The position numbers and the translations under genes were made by a program. Below, piece by piece: positions 45,882 to 55,673 of a stretch of 64,000 nt of DNA. Below the pieces are notes generated by a model. It did no database searches and had not been told where the DNA came from. It worked only from the letters and a program-made list of their open reading frames with translations. Each line of letters starts with the position of its first letter. The stretch's first letter is position 1. This stretch comes from an uncultured Dehalococcoidia bacterium (GTDB lineage: Bacteria; Chloroflexota; Dehalococcoidia; Lucifugimonadales; UBA1127), in the NCBI GenBank assembly GCA_951812285.1, contig OX638292.1, positions 230,774 to 294,773 of the forward strand. The letters run 5' to 3'.

Positions 45882-45910
45882 TTGAAGGTAGACGCCGCCG
45901 CTGCTATACT
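45882..45910 (+). promoter_or_regulatory. Candidate promoter of tRNA-Pro
   Basis: TTGAAG, 17 nt, TATACT, ending 11 nt before the mature tRNA 5' end. Confidence 0.45.
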
Positions 45911-45921
45911 GGAGTGACCGT

Positions 45922-45998
45922 CGGGGCGTGGCGCAGACCGGTAGCGCACCTGCATGGGGTGCAGGGGGTCGTTGGTTCAAATCCAATCGCCCCGACCA
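45922..45998 (+). tRNA. tRNA-Pro (anticodon GGG), CCA encoded
   Basis: Acceptor CGGGGCG/CGCCCCG. D stem GCGC/GCGC. Anticodon stem CCTGC/GCAGG with loop ATGGGGT. T arm GTTGG-TTCAAAT-CCAAT. A73, CCA. Confidence 0.9.
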
Positions 45999-46016
45999 AC
46001 AAGAATGCTTCTCTAG

Positions 46017-46045
46017 GCCGTCTCATTGAGGCGGCTCTTTCTTTG
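46017..46045 (+). terminator. Intrinsic terminator after tRNA-Pro
   Basis: 8-bp stem GCCGTCTC / GAGGCGGC (one G-U pair) with a 3-nt loop, followed by TCTTTCTTTG. Confidence 0.5.
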
Positions 46046-46232
46046 TAGAAGCCTGCTGCATACCGTCTCCTGGTGCTCCAATTGCAGTCCTCGTTCAAGT
46101 AAGCTCAGAACTCCTTGACAATAGGCGTTGATTGGCTCATGGTGCAGACTGGCACAGTATGCGCAATAGGTTGATGTCCGGCAGGTTTGTGGTGCCTTCC
46201 TGCCACAGTGGCAACCAGCAGGAGGAAAAGGA

Positions 46233-47522
46233 ATGCTCACGAGGGAAGAAAACGAACAGGTAACGAAGGTAACTCCCAGCACGCCCATGGGTGAAGCGCT
46301 TCGTCGCTACTGGCTCCCGGCGCTACTCGGGCGCGAACTGCCAGAACCGGACTGCACCCCCGTCCGTCTGCGATTACTCGGCGAGGACTTGGTGGCCTTC
46401 AGGGACACCAACGGCGAGATTGGCATTTTGGACGAGCAGTGTCCCCACCGACTCGCCTCTCTGTGGCTGGGCCGCAACGAGGAAGCTGGCCTGCGCTGTG
46501 TCTATCACGGCTGGAAATTCGACGTCCATGGCAACTGCGTGGAGCAGATGAACGAGCCGGTTGACTTCAAAGACAAGATAAAGGTCAAGTCATACCCGGC
46601 CGTGGAGATGGGCGAAGTAATCTGGGTCTACATGGGCCCCGCCGACAAAAGGCCCCCGTTGCCTAACTTTGAGTACACGCGGGTGCCCGAGACACACCGC
46701 GGCGTCACCAAGGTAGTCCAAGAGTGCAACTGGCTGCAGGCGCTGGAAGGGGGCATCGACTCGTCCCACGCGCCCATCCTGCACCGCCAGCTCAAGGAGA
46801 ACGCAAGCGCAGAGGGCATCCAACCCTCCACGCCCTTTGTCCGCGGCGGTGCGCCCACCCTGGAGGTGGACGTGACCGACTACGGCTATCGCTACACCGG
46901 CATTCGCCCGCTGGGTGAGGACGAGCAGTACGTCCGCGGCTACCATTTCATCATGCCCTTCACGCAGCTTCGTCCGCAGCAAATCGGCCGCGCCGGCGCC
47001 CCTGACCGAGAGATGGTCGCCGGCCACCACTGGGTGCCCATCGACGACAACAACGTAATGGTCTGGAACTTCCACTACAGCTTCGGAAACGAGGCGATGT
47101 CGGAGAAGGAACGGACCATGGAGGGCTCTGCAAACGGCTGGCCCAACGTGGACCAGGTTACCTTCCGAGCGGCGGGCAATATCCGCAACAACTGGCTGAT
47201 CGACCGCGCCGTCCAGAAGACCGAGACCTTCACCGGGATTACGGGCATCAACGCGCAGGACAGGGCGGTGCAGGAGAGCATGGGCCCCATAGTCGACAGG
47301 TCGCGCGAGCACCTCGGTCCCGCCGACGCCGCCGTCATCGCCATGCGCAAGCTGGTCATGGAGGCCGCTCGCAACGTAGCCGAGGGCGAAGACCCGAGGG
47401 GCGCCCGTACGACAACCTACCACGCCGCCCGCGCCATCGAGAAGGTCTTCGACGCAAAGCGGCCCTGGCGCGAGGTGCTGCTGCCTGAGATGTATCCGGA
47501 GGACGTTCCAACGGCGGGCTAG
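46233..47522 (+). CDS. Rieske non-heme-iron oxygenase alpha subunit, paralog R1
   Basis: CPHRLASLWLGRNEEAGLRCVYHGWKF and EGGIDSSHAPILH. RBS GGAGGAAAAGG. Confidence 0.9.
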   Translation: MLTREENEQVTKVTPSTPMGEALRRYWLPALLGRELPEPDCTPVRLRLLGEDLVAFRDTNGEIGILDEQCPHRLASLWLGRNEEAGLRCVYHGWKFDVHGNCVEQMNEPVDFKDKIKVKSYPAVEMGEVIWVYMGPADKRPPLPNFEYTRVPETHRGVTKVVQECNWLQALEGGIDSSHAPILHRQLKENASAEGIQPSTPFVRGGAPTLEVDVTDYGYRYTGIRPLGEDEQYVRGYHFIMPFTQLRPQQIGRAGAPDREMVAGHHWVPIDDNNVMVWNFHYSFGNEAMSEKERTMEGSANGWPNVDQVTFRAAGNIRNNWLIDRAVQKTETFTGITGINAQDRAVQESMGPIVDRSREHLGPADAAVIAMRKLVMEAARNVAEGEDPRGARTTTYHAARAIEKVFDAKRPWREVLLPEMYPEDVPTAG

Positions 47523-47546
47523 TCTCAACGTTGAAGGAGTAGGCTC

Positions 47547-48797
47547 ATGCTGAGTCAGCAGGACAATGTGCTCATCACCCAGACCGGCCCAGGTACGCCG
47601 ATGGGCGAGTATCTCAGGCGCTTCTGGATACCTGCTCTCTTGACCCGGGAACTTCCTGGACCCGATTGCCCTCCCGTGCGCGTCAAGATCATGTCCGAGG
47701 AACTCGTGGCATTCCGCGACACTAACGGCGACGTTGGCCTCGTCGACAACTATTGCCCGCACCGCCGTGCCAGCCTGTTCTTCGGCCGCACCGAGGAATG
47801 CGGCATCCGCTGCGTGTACCATGGTTGGAAATTCGACGTAAACGGGGACTGCGTCGACATGCCCTCGGAACCGGTGGAGTCCAACTTCAAGGTCAAAGTG
47901 AAGATCAAGGCATACCCCGCTCGCGACTGGGGCGGCTTCATCTGGACTTACATGGGCCCGGCGGAACTTATGCCTGAGCTGCCTGAGGTTGGATTCGCGC
48001 TTGTGGAGGAGGAAAACCGGAGAGTGTCCCGCCGTCTGCAGGAGAGCAACTTTGTGCAAGGCATTGAGGGCGGAATTGATTCCAGCCACATCTCCTACCT
48101 CCACTTCGGGCTTACACCTACCAGACGTGACGACCCGGAAAACCAGAGCCTTTCCAATCGGGACGGCGCGCCCCATTTCACGGTGAAGACCACGGACTAC
48201 GGGTTCGTCTACGGCGCCAACCGTGAGGCGGAAGACGACAAGTATTATTGGCGACTGACGCCCTTCATGCTGCCATTCTTCACGATCATCCCCGGCGGCA
48301 CGGGCAACCCGGATGAGCGCACCTACAGCGGCCATGGCTGGGTTCCCTCAGACGACGAGAACTGCTGGATGTTCACCTACAGCTGGAACGCTAGCAGGCC
48401 GCTGCGGGAAGACGAGGGCCATAGCGCCAGCTTCCTCGAGCTGGACCCGCGTACCATGCGTTCCGTCGTGAACAAGGACAACGATTACGGCATCGACCGC
48501 GAGGTTCAGCGCACGCAGACCTTCACGGGGATTAAAGACATCTCTGTCCAGGACGCCAGTATCCAGGAGAGCATGGGCCCGATTTGCGATCGCACCAAAG
48601 AGCACCTAGGCACGACGGACGCTCCCATCATCGCCATGCGTCGCATATTCCTAGAGGCCTGTCGAGACCTCATGGAGGGCGTCGAACCCGATGTACCCAG
48701 AGATGGGGCCACGTTTAGGGTTCGCTCGGTTGCGGAGGTGCTGGACAAGAGCGTCTCGTTCGACGAGACCACAGAGAGAGTGCCTGTAGGCGCCTAG
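47547..48797 (+). CDS. Rieske non-heme-iron oxygenase alpha subunit, paralog R2
   Basis: CPHRRASLFFGRTEECGIRCVYHGWKF and EGGIDSSHISYLH. Lies 24 nt after R1. RBS GAAGGAG. Confidence 0.9.
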   Translation: MLSQQDNVLITQTGPGTPMGEYLRRFWIPALLTRELPGPDCPPVRVKIMSEELVAFRDTNGDVGLVDNYCPHRRASLFFGRTEECGIRCVYHGWKFDVNGDCVDMPSEPVESNFKVKVKIKAYPARDWGGFIWTYMGPAELMPELPEVGFALVEEENRRVSRRLQESNFVQGIEGGIDSSHISYLHFGLTPTRRDDPENQSLSNRDGAPHFTVKTTDYGFVYGANREAEDDKYYWRLTPFMLPFFTIIPGGTGNPDERTYSGHGWVPSDDENCWMFTYSWNASRPLREDEGHSASFLELDPRTMRSVVNKDNDYGIDREVQRTQTFTGIKDISVQDASIQESMGPICDRTKEHLGTTDAPIIAMRRIFLEACRDLMEGVEPDVPRDGATFRVRSVAEVLDKSVSFDETTERVPVGA

Positions 48798-48840
48798 GTT
48801 CATTGGCCAGAGCCGGGGGGCAGCTAAGGAGGGCGGGGAA

Positions 48841-50169
48841 ATGCTGAGCAAGGAAGAGAATGAACTACTGACCAGGGTAGGCCCCGGAACGCCTATGGGA
48901 GATCTCATGCGGGAATACTGGATGCCCGCGATGATGTCGGAGGAGTTACCCGCCCCAGATTGCGAACAGGTTCGGCTCAAGTTGCTCGGCGAGGACCTCA
49001 TCGCCTTCCGCGCAACCAACGGCGTTGTGGGCGTCATCGCCAACTCTTGCCCGCACCGAGGAGCATCGCTCTTCTATGGTCGGAACGAAGAAGGCGGCAT
49101 TCGCTGTGTCTACCACGGCTGGAAGTTCGACAATGAGGGCAACTGCGTCGAAATGCCGTCCGAGCCGCCTGAGAGCCGCTTCATCGACAAAGTCAGGGCA
49201 ACCACGTACCGGACGACGGAACGTGGAGGCTTTGTGTGGGTCTACATGGGCCCGCGTGAAATTCCTCCCCCGCTTCCCTCGTTGGTGGCTAACTTGCAAC
49301 CTGAAGGCGCCTACACAATCAACGCCTACTATACGGAGTGCAACTGGATGCAGTCCCTGGAGGGCGACTACGATACGAGCCATGTCAGCTTTCTCCATGC
49401 TGGCGCTCGCAAGCCTGAGGACATAGAGGAACCGGACGTCACCTTTGAGAAGTACGCCCTTAAGACCCGCTGGGCCCGCCACTTCGTCAAGGACACGGAA
49501 TTTGGCTGCACTTCAGGCAATAACCGGCCCGCTGAAGAGGATAGCACCTACTGGCGCGTCGCCCACTTCCTCTTCCCCTTCTACGCCATGATCCCCGCCA
49601 GCTTCCGCGAGAAGTCCTTCATCGCCGTGGTCCCAATGGACGACGAGAATTCCATGCGATGGCACGTCAGTTGCCGCGATCGCAGCGAGCCTCCGCGACC
49701 CGGCTTCGGAGGGCCGACCGAAGTCGATGGGCTGCCGACGTCCTTCCACCGCGACGCTTCCCGCAACGGCACCGGGTGGTACGATCGCTTTAAGATCGCC
49801 GGCAACGCCCGCAACGATTACCTGATCGACCGTGAGGCCCAGCGTCGACGCCAAGGTGGCCTTGGCTTCAGCGGTCTCCCCGGTCGCGGACAGGACAACG
49901 GCATGACGGAGAGCATGGGCGTCATCTACAAGCGCGACCAAGAGCATCTGGGTGTAACTGACGCAGGCATCATCCGCATGCGCCGCCGCCTCGCCCGGGC
50001 AGCCATGGCGCTTCGGGAAGACGGCACACCGCCACCCGGTGTGGACCAGCCTGAGCTGTACATGGTGCAGTCCATCTCTACACTGCTGCCCAACGACGTT
50101 AACGGCATTGAGGCCACGCTGGACCACCAGTGGGCCAACCTTCGCGGGGTGGAGATGGCCGGAGGATAA
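48841..50169 (+). CDS. Rieske non-heme-iron oxygenase alpha subunit, paralog R3
   Basis: CPHRGASLFYGRNEEGGIRCVYHGWKF and EGDYDTSHVSFLH. Lies 43 nt after R2. RBS AAGGAGGG. Confidence 0.9.
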   Translation: MLSKEENELLTRVGPGTPMGDLMREYWMPAMMSEELPAPDCEQVRLKLLGEDLIAFRATNGVVGVIANSCPHRGASLFYGRNEEGGIRCVYHGWKFDNEGNCVEMPSEPPESRFIDKVRATTYRTTERGGFVWVYMGPREIPPPLPSLVANLQPEGAYTINAYYTECNWMQSLEGDYDTSHVSFLHAGARKPEDIEEPDVTFEKYALKTRWARHFVKDTEFGCTSGNNRPAEEDSTYWRVAHFLFPFYAMIPASFREKSFIAVVPMDDENSMRWHVSCRDRSEPPRPGFGGPTEVDGLPTSFHRDASRNGTGWYDRFKIAGNARNDYLIDREAQRRRQGGLGFSGLPGRGQDNGMTESMGVIYKRDQEHLGVTDAGIIRMRRRLARAAMALREDGTPPPGVDQPELYMVQSISTLLPNDVNGIEATLDHQWANLRGVEMAGG

Positions 50170-50270
50170 GCGAGATTGGTGGCGCGCCCAACCTTGACGT
50201 GCGAGGCTTTGCGTTCTGGAACGACCGTTATGCCTAGAAGTGAACCAATTCCATGACCTGGAGACCGCAT

Positions 50271-50456
50271 ATGGCGGAAGAGACCAAGATTGAGGTAATC
50301 GCTGGGCCCAACGGAGAGGCCGAGATTTACGAGCTATACGAGGACTACCAGCCCCTCTTCTACAATATCCATTTCAAGGGGCAGGTATCAGAGACCTTTA
50401 AGACCCTTGGCGAGGCGTACCTGGAGGCGGGAAGGCTGGCAGGCGTGAAGACATAG
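50271..50456 (+). CDS. Hypothetical small protein (61 aa)
   Basis: ATG at 50271 lies 7 nt after GGAG. Non-repetitive, balanced composition (MAEETKIEVIAGPNGEAEIYELYEDYQPLFYNIHFKGQ..). Sits between the Rieske operon and SBP-B1. No family recognised. Confidence 0.4.
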   Translation: MAEETKIEVIAGPNGEAEIYELYEDYQPLFYNIHFKGQVSETFKTLGEAYLEAGRLAGVKT

Positions 50457-50544
50457 GATAGAGTTGGGGGTTTCCGGGTCCTTTACTGGGGGGCCGAGAT
50501 TGAGACGCCAAATGGCGGTACATCTTGGAAGGGAGGACAGTCTA

Positions 50545-52341
50545 GTGAGGTTCAGTGCACTGTTACGGTTCGCGGCGTTCATGGTGGTCTTGGTCCTAAC
50601 ACTCTCCGCCTTTGTGGCGTGCGGCAGCGATGACGAGGAGACGACCACGTCCTCGGGGTCGACGACTACGACGACCACTGACACGTCGTCTAGCAGCTCG
50701 ACTGCGGCTGCGCCGGAGCCTACCGCGGCGGCCTCAACGACCACCGACGCCATGCCGGCAGACGACGCGATGATGGAGCCCGTCGTCGACGTGGTCGTCA
50801 TCGGCGCGATTCCACCCTCCATGATTTCCAACAACGTCGGCCGAGGTCTTGGCGTTCAGCAACACATCCAGATCAAGCCGATGTACGAGTACATGATCGG
50901 AACGGATCCGGTGTCCGGCGCCCTTGTTCCGCAACTCGCCGAGTCGTGGAGCATCGAGCCCAACGGACAGGACTTCCGAATCAAACTGCGGGAGGGCATC
51001 CCCTTCCACAACGGCAATGGCACCGTATCCTACCGCGACGTCGAGTTCACGGTCGCTGAGTTCGGCAATGAGGAAGCCGTCCACCCCCACTCGCGCAACT
51101 ACCGCACCGTGGAGATTGAGCCAATCTCCGACGTTGAGTTCATTTGGAAGCTTCCCCGCCCTCTTGCCGAGCAGGAGCGTCGGATGTCGGAGCACATCGG
51201 CGGCATGGAGATCATGAGCGTCGCCGATTACGAGGCGCTCGGTGAGGAGAATGTCGTCTCACGGCCGCTCGCCGGCACCAACGGCTACCAGTTCGAGAGC
51301 CGTGAGCAGGAGAGCTACATCCGCTTTGACCGCATACCCGGCGAGCACTGGCGCCACACCCCCGATTTCGCTGGCCTTGAGTATCGGTGGATGAATGAGG
51401 AGTCGACGCGCCTCGCAGCGATACTTACGGGAGAAATCCACATCACGCAGCTCGGCGCCGACTCGACGGAGCTTGCCCAAAGCGATGGCTTCCGCGTACA
51501 GCAGGGCGGGCTCCCCGGCCAACGCATCTTCGGCGCCTTCAAGGGTGGTTATCTCGACACGACGGACCCGCGCTATGAGGCACAGGGGACCCCCTGCGGC
51601 TATGTCCATTGCGATTCGCCCTACCTGAATCCCAACGTGCGTAAAGCCATGAACAAGGCCGTCGACAAGGATGCCCTTAACGACGCCTTCTTCCGCGGCG
51701 CAGGCATGAACATGGTCATGTCGGGCATCCCGGAGGACAGCCCAGCCTTCAACCCGGACTGGCTTGCAGCCTATCCTGCCGAGTACGGCTACGACCCGGA
51801 TGCAGCCCGAGGCCTGCTTTCCGACGCGGGCTACGGCCCGAACAATCCGCTGGAAATCACCGTGCAGGTGATCCCGGTGGCCGGTTACCCACAGGCTCCG
51901 GACGTGATGGAAGCAATGGCTGGCTATTGGAACGACATCGGCATCTCGACGACCATCGAGCAGAGGCCGGCGTCTACGCTGCGCGCTTTGCAGCTGGCAC
52001 TGGAGTTTAAGAACTGGATTGGCCTCTTTAGCGGTGCGCCCATCAACATCCAGAGTTTCCGCGTACACAACAGCAACATCGCCCCGCGGGGCGGAGGCTT
52101 CGAGTACATGGAGATATCGGACCTGATTCACCAGGTGCAGGCGACGATGGGTGAGGAGGCTCAGGACGTCATCCTGCGGCAGATTGGCGACATCGCCTTC
52201 CCAGCGCATATCGCGGTCAACCTGTTCTACATCCCGCCGCAGCTCGTCCTGAACCCTGAGGTCGTTGAGAGTTGGAATTGGCCGGGCAACATCGCCGGCC
52301 TGTGGAGCCACTTCGATCAGATACGCGCGGTAAAGAAATAG
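50545..52341 (+). CDS. ABC-type substrate-binding lipoprotein, family 5, SBP-B1
   Basis: GTG 50545 lies 7 nt after GGGAGGA. Signal peptide plus lipobox FVACGSD and an S/T-rich linker. Family-5 core (PQLAESWSIEPNGQDFRIKLREGIPFHNG). Confidence 0.85.
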   Translation: MRFSALLRFAAFMVVLVLTLSAFVACGSDDEETTTSSGSTTTTTTDTSSSSSTAAAPEPTAAASTTTDAMPADDAMMEPVVDVVVIGAIPPSMISNNVGRGLGVQQHIQIKPMYEYMIGTDPVSGALVPQLAESWSIEPNGQDFRIKLREGIPFHNGNGTVSYRDVEFTVAEFGNEEAVHPHSRNYRTVEIEPISDVEFIWKLPRPLAEQERRMSEHIGGMEIMSVADYEALGEENVVSRPLAGTNGYQFESREQESYIRFDRIPGEHWRHTPDFAGLEYRWMNEESTRLAAILTGEIHITQLGADSTELAQSDGFRVQQGGLPGQRIFGAFKGGYLDTTDPRYEAQGTPCGYVHCDSPYLNPNVRKAMNKAVDKDALNDAFFRGAGMNMVMSGIPEDSPAFNPDWLAAYPAEYGYDPDAARGLLSDAGYGPNNPLEITVQVIPVAGYPQAPDVMEAMAGYWNDIGISTTIEQRPASTLRALQLALEFKNWIGLFSGAPINIQSFRVHNSNIAPRGGGFEYMEISDLIHQVQATMGEEAQDVILRQIGDIAFPAHIAVNLFYIPPQLVLNPEVVESWNWPGNIAGLWSHFDQIRAVKK

Positions 52342-52429
52342 GCGATTTGGGAGTTTAGGCGCAGTCGAGAGCTCAAAATGCCGTCGGAAAGCGCAGGTCC
52401 TTTGCACCAGAAATGAGAAGGGGGCGACG

Positions 52430-54214
52430 TTGAAACAGCGTAGTTCGGTCACATTCTTGGTTAGGCCATTGGCCGTCATAATGGTGTTTGCGCTCTTCAT
52501 GGCTGTGGCAGTGGCCTGTGGCGATGATGACGATGACGGCAGTGGCGCGGCGGCATCGACAACTTCGACGTCGACCGACACGGGATCTGCGGCACCCGAT
52601 CCGACAGCCGAAGCCATGGCGACTGAAGACGACTCCGCGATGATGCCAAGGATCGCGCGGGTGGTTGTCGGCACACAAACGCCAAGCCTGCTCTCCAACA
52701 ACGTGGGCAGGGGGCTCTCCCCTCAGTCACAGATTCAGCTTGTGGCAATGTACGAGTACCTTATCGGCACAGAAGCTCAGACTGGCGCACTCGTACCGCA
52801 GCTGGCGACCGAGTGGTCGGTCGAACCCAATGGGCAGGACTTTCGCATCAAGCTGCGCGAGGGCATCCCATTCCATGGCGACAACGGCACCGTCTCTTGG
52901 CGCGACGTTGAGCGGACCGTTATGGAACTGGGCGCCGAGGACTCGGAGCACGCACACGCCAGGTTCTACCGCCCCGTCACCATCGAAGCGGTGAGTGAGC
53001 TCGAGTTCATATGGAAGCTGCCGAACCCACTGGCAGAGCAAGTGCGGAGGTTCTCAGAGCAGGTCGGCGGTCTTGAGATCATGAGCGCAACCGACTATGA
53101 CACCGACGGGGCGCCGGACTTCGAGACTGGACCCACGGCGGGCACTGGTGGGTACGAGTTTCTCGAACGCGAACAGACTCGAGGCGTCACCTTCAAGGCA
53201 GTGGAATATGACCACTGGCGCCACAACCCGGACTTCCCCGAGTTGGAGATCCGATGGATGGACGAGGAGTCCACTCGTTTGGCCGGGCTGCTGACGGATG
53301 AGATTCACGTTACTCAGCTCGGAGCCGACAGCACCGAGCAGGCGGCCAATGAGGGAATGAAGGTCGAGACTGGAACCCTACCGGGCGCCCGCATCTTCGG
53401 CGCCTTCCAGGGCGGCTATTTGGACATTGGCGACAGCAACTATGAGGCGCAGGGTACTCCGTGCGAATACGTGCATTGCGACTCGCCGTTCCTGGATCCT
53501 CGCGTCCGAAAGGCCATGAACAAGGCCATTGACAAGGATGCCCTCAATGTCGCCTTCTTCCGCAGCGCTGCACAGGAGATGATCATCCAGGCCATTCCGG
53601 AAACAAGCCCGGCCTTCAACCCCGCATGGCGGGAAGCATTTGACGAGGAGTATGGGTACGACCCCGCTGCGGCGCACACGTTGCTGGAGATGGCCGGCTA
53701 CGGCCAAGACAACCCACTGGAAATCAACGTCAACATGGGTGTCGTTGCCGCTTACCCGCAGGCCCGTGACGTCAAGGAGTCTATGGCGGGCATGTGGAAC
53801 GACATCGGCATCAAGACCAATCTGGAGACTGTCGACGCCGCCGTGATGCGGCCGCGTTCCAGGGCGCTTGAGTTGACCAATTGGGTCAACCTGACCGCCA
53901 CCGCCTCCTTTGATGTCCAGAGCTGGCGCGTCCACCACGCGGCAATTTCTCCGAGAGGGGGCGGTTTCGAGTTGTTGGAGATCCGCGACCTGATCACGGA
54001 TCTCCAGGGGACGATGGACACGGGCAGGCAAGACGAGTTGCTGCGGGAAATCGGTGATATCGCCCACCCAAGGCATGTGGCAATCAACCTCTTCTGGGTG
54101 CCGCCGCAGATCGTGCTGAACCCGGAGTTCGTCGAAAGCTGGGCGTGGCCAGGCAACGTCTCAGGATTGTGGAGCCACTTCGACCTCATCCGGGCGTCAA
54201 AGGTCAAGCTGTAG
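52430..54214 (+). CDS. ABC-type substrate-binding lipoprotein, family 5, SBP-B2 (tandem paralog of SBP-B1)
   Basis: TTG start after AAGGGGG. Lipobox AVACGDD. Collinear with SBP-B1 (PQLATEWSVEPNGQDFRIKLREGIPFHGD). Confidence 0.85.
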   Translation: MKQRSSVTFLVRPLAVIMVFALFMAVAVACGDDDDDGSGAAASTTSTSTDTGSAAPDPTAEAMATEDDSAMMPRIARVVVGTQTPSLLSNNVGRGLSPQSQIQLVAMYEYLIGTEAQTGALVPQLATEWSVEPNGQDFRIKLREGIPFHGDNGTVSWRDVERTVMELGAEDSEHAHARFYRPVTIEAVSELEFIWKLPNPLAEQVRRFSEQVGGLEIMSATDYDTDGAPDFETGPTAGTGGYEFLEREQTRGVTFKAVEYDHWRHNPDFPELEIRWMDEESTRLAGLLTDEIHVTQLGADSTEQAANEGMKVETGTLPGARIFGAFQGGYLDIGDSNYEAQGTPCEYVHCDSPFLDPRVRKAMNKAIDKDALNVAFFRSAAQEMIIQAIPETSPAFNPAWREAFDEEYGYDPAAAHTLLEMAGYGQDNPLEINVNMGVVAAYPQARDVKESMAGMWNDIGIKTNLETVDAAVMRPRSRALELTNWVNLTATASFDVQSWRVHHAAISPRGGGFELLEIRDLITDLQGTMDTGRQDELLREIGDIAHPRHVAINLFWVPPQIVLNPEFVESWAWPGNVSGLWSHFDLIRASKVKL

Positions 54215-54275
54215 GAGTACACTTGCGGTGAGAGTGGTGTAGGATAGGGCCAATCGGCCCGTAAGGAGAGCGAAG

Positions 54276-55568
54276 ATGCTGACTCAACACGACAACGATT
54301 TGATCTGCCGAACAGGCCCGGGAACGCCAATGGGTGAGTACCTGCGGCGATTCTGGATTCCTGCCGTGCTTTCCCGTGAGATCCCGGAACCCGACTGCCC
54401 GCCCGTGCGCGTGAAGATCATGTCGGAGGAGTTGGTGGCCTTCCGCGACACCAACGGCGACGTGGGCATCCTCGACAACTACTGCCCGCACCGCCGTGCG
54501 AGCCTCTTCTTTGGGCGAAACGAGGAGTGCGGCCTCCGCTGTGTGTACCACGGCTGGAAGTTCGACGTAAACGGTGACTGCGTCGACATGCCCTCTGAGC
54601 CCGCCGAGAGCAACTTTAAGGACAAGGTCAAGATCAAGTCATACCCGGCGGCGGACTGGGGCGGCTACATCTGGGTCTACATGGGCCCGACCGAATTGAA
54701 GCCCGAGCTACCCGAGGTCGGCTGGGCAATGGTGCCCGAGGACCACCGCGTGGTCTCCCGCCGCGTGCAAGAGAACAACTACGTGCAGGGCATCGAGGGG
54801 GGCATCGACTCCAGCCACGTCTCCTTCCTGCACTCGGGGCTGACGCCCTACCAGCGCGACAACCCAGACGCGCCGCGGCGCCGCAACAGTGGCGTTCAGC
54901 CGTCGGCGATGGTAAACGACAGCTCGCCCCGCTTCATCGTCAAGGAAACCGAGTACGGCTTCGTGTACGGCGCACAGCGCAACTCTGGCGACGATGAGTA
55001 CTACTGGCGCATTACGCCATTCATGATGCCGTTCTTCACCATCATTCCGGGCGGCATCGGCAACCAGGACGAGCTGACCTACAGCGGCCACGGCTGGGTG
55101 CCCATGGACGACGACAACTGCTGGATGTTCACCTACAGCTGGAACGCGAGCCGACCGCTGCGCCCGGGAGAGAACCACCCGGCTAGCGACCTGAAGCTGG
55201 ACCCGCGCACCAAGCGCGCCACAGTCAACAAGGACAACGACTACGGCATTGACCGGGAGATGCAGAAGTACTTCAACTTCACCGGCATCGAAAACGGCTC
55301 CGTGCAGGACGCTGGCATTCAGGAGAGCATGGGCGCAATCTGCGATCGCACGAAGGAGCACCTTGGCACCTCCGATGCGGCTATCATCAACCTGCGCAAG
55401 GTCTTCCTCCGCGGCGCGAGAGAAATCATGGAGGGCTCTGAGCCTTTCGTGCCAAGGGAAGGCTCCGTCTACCGGCTCCGCTCGGTCTCGCTAATCCAGG
55501 ACCGTAGCATCACCTTTGACGAAACGGTGCCCAGGGTCAAGAACCCGGGCCACCCAACTCTGGTGTAA
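54276..55568 (+). CDS. Rieske non-heme-iron oxygenase alpha subunit, paralog R4 (closest to R2)
   Basis: CPHRRASLFFGRNEECGLRCVYHGWKF and EGGIDSSHVSFLH. The N-terminal 150 aa are nearly collinear with R2. Confidence 0.9.
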   Translation: MLTQHDNDLICRTGPGTPMGEYLRRFWIPAVLSREIPEPDCPPVRVKIMSEELVAFRDTNGDVGILDNYCPHRRASLFFGRNEECGLRCVYHGWKFDVNGDCVDMPSEPAESNFKDKVKIKSYPAADWGGYIWVYMGPTELKPELPEVGWAMVPEDHRVVSRRVQENNYVQGIEGGIDSSHVSFLHSGLTPYQRDNPDAPRRRNSGVQPSAMVNDSSPRFIVKETEYGFVYGAQRNSGDDEYYWRITPFMMPFFTIIPGGIGNQDELTYSGHGWVPMDDDNCWMFTYSWNASRPLRPGENHPASDLKLDPRTKRATVNKDNDYGIDREMQKYFNFTGIENGSVQDAGIQESMGAICDRTKEHLGTSDAAIINLRKVFLRGAREIMEGSEPFVPREGSVYRLRSVSLIQDRSITFDETVPRVKNPGHPTLV

Positions 55569-55673
55569 GGCAACCCTTGGTTTCTTTCGTAACCTTGTAG
55601 ACGGGTCGTTCGTCCAACGGTTTCCGGGGATGAGCGGCCCATTTACTTGTCTAAAGCATGGTGGAGAGTCGAT

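Noticed and set aside
46590-48335. 581-aa minus-strand ORF spanning Rieske R1 and R2. Similar long antisense ORFs occur at 126-1427, 10373-11374, 20454-21272, 22570-23364, 36307-37248, 37001-38026, 51259-52701, 58224-59384, 60969-61838 and 62568-63905.
   Set aside because: All lie antisense to genes with clear family signatures. They have Arg/Ala/Gly/Pro-dominated, motif-free translations, typical of shadow ORFs in high-GC DNA. Several cross gene boundaries of the real genes.
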